A DNA stretch of 64,000 nucleotides from assembly GCA_963843385.1 (NCBI GenBank), contig CAWJJY010000003.1:576014-640013 (forward strand). Direction: 5' to 3'. Shown one piece after another: positions 59,608-64,000 of the stretch. The DNA comes from an uncultured Acidobacteriota bacterium. GTDB taxonomy: Bacteria > Acidobacteriota > Vicinamibacteria > Vicinamibacterales > JAKQTR01. Under the pieces are notes generated by a model. The model worked only from the letters and a program-made list of their open reading frames with translations, did not search any database and was not told the DNA's origin. Positions within the stretch are counted from its first letter, which is position 1; each line of letters opens with the position of its first letter. Made by a program: the position numbers and the translations under genes.

Positions 59608-59922
59608 TCGATGCGCTCCATTCTCCATGTGGACGGCTTCGCCGCCGCCAGCCTGTTGCCCTGAAATCCGGACGACCAGGCTGACGAGCCCCGCGGACGG
59701 GCGAGTCACTCCTTCATGGTCGCCAGAGAGTATCTCACATACGTCAAAGGCTTGTGGGAAAGCGCTCGAAAACTGTCGCTGCCATGCATTTCAACCCAGG
59801 AAACAGCTTTGGCAGCGGTCTTGCGGGCTCGTCTTCGTACTGGTTCTCGGTGGCGGCGGATTCGGGGGTCGGTCGGTCCGGCATTCTTCGTTCTGATGCC
59901 ACCGGGCCACGGCGGACGTGGT

Positions 59923-61014
59923 CTAACGAACCAGGGATCGAAGCTTGGCGAGGTAGGTCGGAAAACGCCAGTTCGTGCCGAAGTGGTACCAGCCCCAAGG
60001 ATCAGCGCCCTGGGCTCGCCAAACCCACGGATCTTTCGACGTGCCAGCTGCGGACGCGTCGTTTAGACGTTTCAGAATGTCAAGAGCCTCTACACGGCGT
60101 CCCCTGGCGAACGCGAGATTGCCAAGGGCCACGATCGCGGACTCGGCATGCGGCATCATGTCGTGCGCAGCGGCATACGATTCCTGAGCCCGCGAAGCGT
60201 CACTTCGCTGTTCGTAGGCCTCGCCTTCGAACATCCGCACCAGATAGGCGAAGCCTCGGTCCAGTCTGTCGCGTACCGGTCGGAAAGTCTCGAGAGCATC
60301 GTCGGGCTTCGATTGAAGCAGAAGCACGCGTCCCAGTCGCACGCGAGCCTCATCCAGATCAGGAGCCGCCGAAAGTGCCGCCCGAAATGCCCGATCCGCA
60401 ACTTGCAGGCTCGGTCGTAACGTTGGCGGAGTCCAACCCTCGAACTGATTTCGCAACCACTGTTTCTCGTGCATCGCGCCAAACGCGAGCTGCATCTCTG
60501 GATGGCGCTGAATTCGGGCCGGAGCGTTGGCGAAGCAGTCGGCTCCGCCGGGCTGCCAGTTCTGGGCGAACGCGATGACCGCCAGGTACCAGGTCTGCAG
60601 AAAGTCGTCATCGGGAAATCGGGTGTTAAGCACGTGGAGCAATGCGTACTCGAATAGCGGCGATTCTGCCAGCATGAGCCCATCGCTGCCTCGAACGTCT
60701 GGCGAATCGAAATCGGCGTTCGAACTCGTGCAACCGACTGGCACATGCGTGGCGAAGCTCAGGTCGGTCTGGAGGGTCAGCACGGCTTGCAGGACGTCGC
60801 GCCGGAACGGCCGGAGACTCGACTGGGCGACGTCTCGCGCACCGCGGTACCTCTCATCCTTGGGGAGCTGCGCCAGGGCAGCTACGGCTTCGTCGAATTC
60901 TCCGCGCCGGTACGTAGAGAGAACGTCACGGTACCGAGCCGGCTGCGCGGAAGGCGCAGGAAGAGTCGCCAGAACACCGATGAACAGGCTCAAGGCTACG
61001 AGGGCCTCGCGCAT
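59923..61014 (-). CDS. Secreted hypothetical protein with a TPR-like C-terminal half
   Basis: Signal peptide MREALVALSLFIGVLATLPAPSAQ. Helical repeats occur in the last 150 aa or so. It starts 4 nt after the VWA stop. Confidence 0.65.
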   Translation of the reverse strand: MREALVALSLFIGVLATLPAPSAQPARYRDVLSTYRRGEFDEAVAALAQLPKDERYRGARDVAQSSLRPFRRDVLQAVLTLQTDLSFATHVPVGCTSSNADFDSPDVRGSDGLMLAESPLFEYALLHVLNTRFPDDDFLQTWYLAVIAFAQNWQPGGADCFANAPARIQRHPEMQLAFGAMHEKQWLRNQFEGWTPPTLRPSLQVADRAFRAALSAAPDLDEARVRLGRVLLLQSKPDDALETFRPVRDRLDRGFAYLVRMFEGEAYEQRSDASRAQESYAAAHDMMPHAESAIVALGNLAFARGRRVEALDILKRLNDASAAGTSKDPWVWRAQGADPWGWYHFGTNWRFPTYLAKLRSLVR

Positions 61015-61018
61015 TGCG

Positions 61019-61948
61019 TCACTCCGCAAAATAACCACGCCGCGCAGTGACGTTGCCCGGCTTTCCCTTCAGTGTCACCTCGAGACGGTGCCACCCCTTG
61101 GAGTCCACTCCCGACGGGGCGTAGGTCAGTACGTAGCGCCCGCGGGACTCGGCGATGATATTGACGAAGACGCCGCGCAGGTCCCGGCCGTCCTCGGCGA
61201 ACATTACGCGCCCGCCGGTCTCGCTGGTGAGCTGGTCCAGGATGGTCCCGTAGTCTCTTGGAGATTCCCCGTGGATTCTCACCGCGACAGCGTACGTCAC
61301 GGCGTCGGTCCTCCTTGCTGCGTCAATCACGCAGCGGGGTGTGCACCAACTCAGACTGTCTCGGCCGTGGCTGAACACCAGGATCACCGTGCGTCCCGGA
61401 TCCGTCTGGCGCATCGCCAGCGCCAGGAACACCGCGTCTCGAATTGCCGAGCGGTCCCCACCGAGGGTCAGAATCGTGAGCGCGCGCCGAACGTCATTGT
61501 GGCGGGAGGTCAATGGTGAAAGCAGTCGAACTTCGTTGGAGAAAGAGAGCAATGCCACACGGTCTCGCGTTTGCAGCGAGTCGAGAACGCCCTCGGCAGC
61601 TCCTCGGAGAAGACCTAGTCTGTTTCCGCCGGATGGAAGGGCGGCTGTATCGACCGCGAGTATCACATTCAAGGCTAGCGTATCGACATCGACGACCTCG
61701 ACGCGTTGAAGCACGCCTTCGTCACGCAGTTCGAAGTCACCGGCAGTGAGGCCGGTCACCGTGCGTCCTCGATTGGTTACCAGGGCGTCCACACGAACGG
61801 CCTCGGTACGAGACTTGAAGACTTGGGTGGACAGAACTTTGAAAACGTGCACGTCGGCTGCTGGACGTGGCTCGACACAGAACATGCTCACGCAAGCCGC
61901 AACAAGGCGGACGACTGACTTCGCCTTGCCCAGACTGCCTAATGGCAC
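61019..61948 (-). CDS. VWA-domain protein of the acidobacterial VWFA-related type (TIGR03436-like), degenerate MIDAS
   Basis: VRVDALVTNRGRTVTGLTAGDFELRDEGVLQRV is the N-terminal module. The VWA core is ILAVDTAAL..ALLSFSNEV.., with DTAAL in place of DxSxS. Confidence 0.75.
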   Translation of the reverse strand: MPLGSLGKAKSVVRLVAACVSMFCVEPRPAADVHVFKVLSTQVFKSRTEAVRVDALVTNRGRTVTGLTAGDFELRDEGVLQRVEVVDVDTLALNVILAVDTAALPSGGNRLGLLRGAAEGVLDSLQTRDRVALLSFSNEVRLLSPLTSRHNDVRRALTILTLGGDRSAIRDAVFLALAMRQTDPGRTVILVFSHGRDSLSWCTPRCVIDAARRTDAVTYAVAVRIHGESPRDYGTILDQLTSETGGRVMFAEDGRDLRGVFVNIIAESRGRYVLTYAPSGVDSKGWHRLEVTLKGKPGNVTARRGYFAE

Positions 61949-62105
61949 TTCGGGACTCCCTGGTCGCAGCCGCGCGGACGCTTGTCGGCGCTACGCTGTC
62001 TCCAACGCCCGCGCGGCGGTCTCGCGATTGTCAAATTGTGCGAATCCTACCCAGCAAATTACCGGGGAGGCCTTGTCGATGAGGGAGTTCATTCGTCTTC
62101 CCCAG

Positions 62106-62531
62106 CTACGGAGTACACCACCCCTCGTCGACAGGAAAACTGGTAACTTCGTGGAGCGTTATCCATTGATCACACTGCTGGTTCTCGTTGACGTGCACGC
62201 ACTGAGGGACGTGCCAATTATAGTACTGATAGCACTGTCGGGGACTGGGCGGCTGCCCGCAGTAGACGCAATGGGTCCAGCAGCCGTGGACCGCATGATA
62301 AAGGTCGTCGAGACAAGCCGTATAACAGGCGCCGAGCGTGTCCGACTCGCCCTCCTCGTGTGACATGGCTTCGCATTCCGCGTAGCACGCGGCCTCCTTG
62401 GCCTCGCACGCCTGGCAACATTCCGCGGCAGCCACTGGAACGGCCGCAAAAAGGGCATGCACTACGAGCATCGCAATCACCGCACCGGCCGTCAGTCCGG
62501 CCCCCGCCCACCGAGTTCCACGTCGCGTCAT
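62106..62531 (-). CDS. Exported cysteine-rich protein (14 Cys in about 105 mature residues), no recognised family
   Basis: GGGAGG SD 8 nt upstream, a signal-like N-terminus ending AVPVAAA, and CCxxC/Cx3C motifs. Confidence 0.7.
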   Translation of the reverse strand: MTRRGTRWAGAGLTAGAVIAMLVVHALFAAVPVAAAECCQACEAKEAACYAECEAMSHEEGESDTLGACYTACLDDLYHAVHGCWTHCVYCGQPPSPRQCYQYYNWHVPQCVHVNENQQCDQWITLHEVTSFPVDEGWCTP

Positions 62532-62534
62532 GTG

Positions 62535-63170
62535 CTACCTCCCCTGCTCATCTTGTGTGCTAACGCCTCGAGCCAGCCCAGGCAGAGTCACCCCGAAATA
62601 CGCTTCCACCTCCTTCTTGATCGTGCCGGCGTACGCTCCTACCCATGATTTCAACACTCGTCCCGCCGGCGACACGACGAGCGTTGCTGGAGTTGCACCG
62701 AGGTGATAGGGTCCATACATATCAGCTGCCGGTTCAACATAGACGGTCACGTGGACTGGGAAACGCTTCACGGAGTCGCCCACATCGGCCGCAAGTGAGA
62801 GCGCGATTACACGGTGCGTGTCCTTCACCTGCGAAAAGACGGCCAGCGCGTTCTTCTCGTTCCTGGCGCACCAACTGCAACTTGGCCCAAATACATAGAG
62901 CAACGTTGGGCGAGGGTCAGACGAGAACAGGACCTCCTCTCTGGCGGTCCCGAGGCGCTGCGCGTTGATGGGCGGCAACGCATCACCCACCGTCGGCCCG
63001 GAAGGCGCCGCCGGCCGTGCTGCGGCAATCGGTGAATGACTCGCCGAGATGCGGAGGAAGCCCAGGCCAAGCACCACATTTGTCAGGAGGGACGTCGCGA
63101 GCAGGATTAGGATGACCCAATCCGCCCTGGTCGCACTGACCGTCTGAACGGGAGGATGTTCGGCCTTCAT
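62535..63170 (-). CDS. Membrane-anchored TlpA/ResA-like thioredoxin-fold thiol:disulfide oxidoreductase
   Basis: GGAG SD and ATG at 63170, one TM segment (WVILILLATSLLTNVVLGLGFL), and the active site PSCSWC in LLYVFGPSCSWCARN. Confidence 0.8.
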   Translation of the reverse strand: MKAEHPPVQTVSATRADWVILILLATSLLTNVVLGLGFLRISASHSPIAAARPAAPSGPTVGDALPPINAQRLGTAREEVLFSSDPRPTLLYVFGPSCSWCARNEKNALAVFSQVKDTHRVIALSLAADVGDSVKRFPVHVTVYVEPAADMYGPYHLGATPATLVVSPAGRVLKSWVGAYAGTIKKEVEAYFGVTLPGLARGVSTQDEQGR

Positions 63171-63306
63171 TCGGACTCCATTTGGCGGACCGGCGTTCTG
63201 TAAATTCGGACCACACCATTCGAACAGGCGCATCGCTGGCAAACGTCCAGATCGTGGTTCTTCCATCGGGGTCGGCTCAGACCTGACCCGTGACTCGCTC
63301 TGCTCC

Positions 63307-64000
63307 TCACCACGTGCGTGTGAACACCAACCGAAGCGACTTGGACTCACTTTCAGCGACTGAGAACCGTGTGCCAACGGCGCGAAGCCGATTCAGGATT
63401 ACTGGGTCATTCCAGTCCCCTCCGAAGAGCGCGGTGCTGGATGCGACCGCGTAGTAGCGGCCGGGCGGAAGTGACCGAATGACGAAACGACCATGTTGGT
63501 CTGGTCGTTCCAAGGCCAAATAGCGGCTGTCCTGCCAGCGCTCCTGATCCTGCGAGAAGAAGACAACCCCAAAGCTCCATACCGGGTCGCCTTCGGCGGT
63601 CGTGACGGTGCCCGAAACCTCCGGCGGATGATTCGTCAACTCAATTTCGATTCCGTCGACGGTCTGGCCGCTCGCGCACTCGATCCCCTTGTCAGTCACA
63701 TCAACACCCCGGAATCTGATTGACTTCATCGCCCAGTCGGGCGACCGAGATAGCACCCTCACAAACGCTGGTCCTGGCCAGGACGATAACTCGAAGGTGA
63801 GATCCCCCCGGACCGTGCTGAAACGCGGAACGCTGATACTGTTTTCGAAGCCAGCTGGTTCGAGGCCCACCGTTATGGCCGAAGCCGGAAATGACTTGAG
63901 AGCCTCGGGAGGGACGGCGACCCGTCCTCGCACAGTGGAGGTCCTGACCGGTTGCAAGATCAATCCTCGCACGTCTTCGTTTTCCACCCTGACCGTCGCC
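63307..64000 (-). CDS. C-terminal part of a carboxypeptidase-regulatory-like domain repeat protein; the 5' end lies outside the window
   Basis: The frame is open to the window edge. VSGTVTTAEGDPV....GRFVIRSLPPGRYYAV is the CarboxypepD_reg-type pattern. Confidence 0.7.
   Translation of the reverse strand, partial: ATVRVENEDVRGLILQPVRTSTVRGRVAVPPEALKSFPASAITVGLEPAGFENSISVPRFSTVRGDLTFELSSWPGPAFVRVLSRSPDWAMKSIRFRGVDVTDKGIECASGQTVDGIEIELTNHPPEVSGTVTTAEGDPVWSFGVVFFSQDQERWQDSRYLALERPDQHGRFVIRSLPPGRYYAVASSTALFGGDWNDPVILNRLRAVGTRFSVAESESKSLRLVFTRTW

Overview
High-GC bacterial chromosomal segment. My hand counts of 60-nt samples give about 65-72% GC in most genes. The gene content points to an Acidobacteriota-like soil bacterium, but this is inference only. 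It rests on a TIGR03436-style VWA protein, a carboxypeptidase-regulatory-like repeat protein, a tricorn protease, a fused membrane spermidine-synthase-like protein and paired secreted amidohydrolases. I support about 50 protein genes, 2 tRNAs (Asp-GUC, Val-UAC) and one yybP-ykoY (Mn2+) riboswitch with its promoter. I also support a few hairpin terminators and two short heptanucleotide tandem arrays. I found no rRNA, CRISPR array, transposase, integrase or phage genes. Most long ORFs in the six-frame track are antisense shadows of real genes, as expected at this GC content. Housekeeping and scavenging content includes asnA, a CDF exporter, MFS transporters, cstA plus a POT peptide transporter, a PlpD-like patatin/Omp85 protein, a GH47 mannosidase, an ABC-2 exporter, trpB2 plus a DAHP synthase, ppx-ppk and an M16 peptidase pair. 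The observations most worth a second look are these. (1) A low-GC five-gene block at 59.9-64 kb contains an exported 14-cysteine protein that is translationally coupled to a TlpA-like thioredoxin. (2) A Mn riboswitch sits in front of a CaCA-family exchanger that has a Cys4 tail, directly upstream of ppx-ppk. (3) An MFS-DUF362-Sfp-type PPTase operon has no carrier protein nearby. (4) A small GatC/AtzG-like ORF is coupled by ATGA overlaps between an O-methyltransferase and an amidase. (5) A bipartite 35-nt motif is shared by the cstA and POT upstream regions. (6) G-rich heptamer arrays abut stop codons. (7) Three genes are broken by single-base homopolymer indels, alongside a decayed histidine-kinase remnant and two truncated gene fragments. 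All family assignments come from motif recognition by eye; no database search was run.
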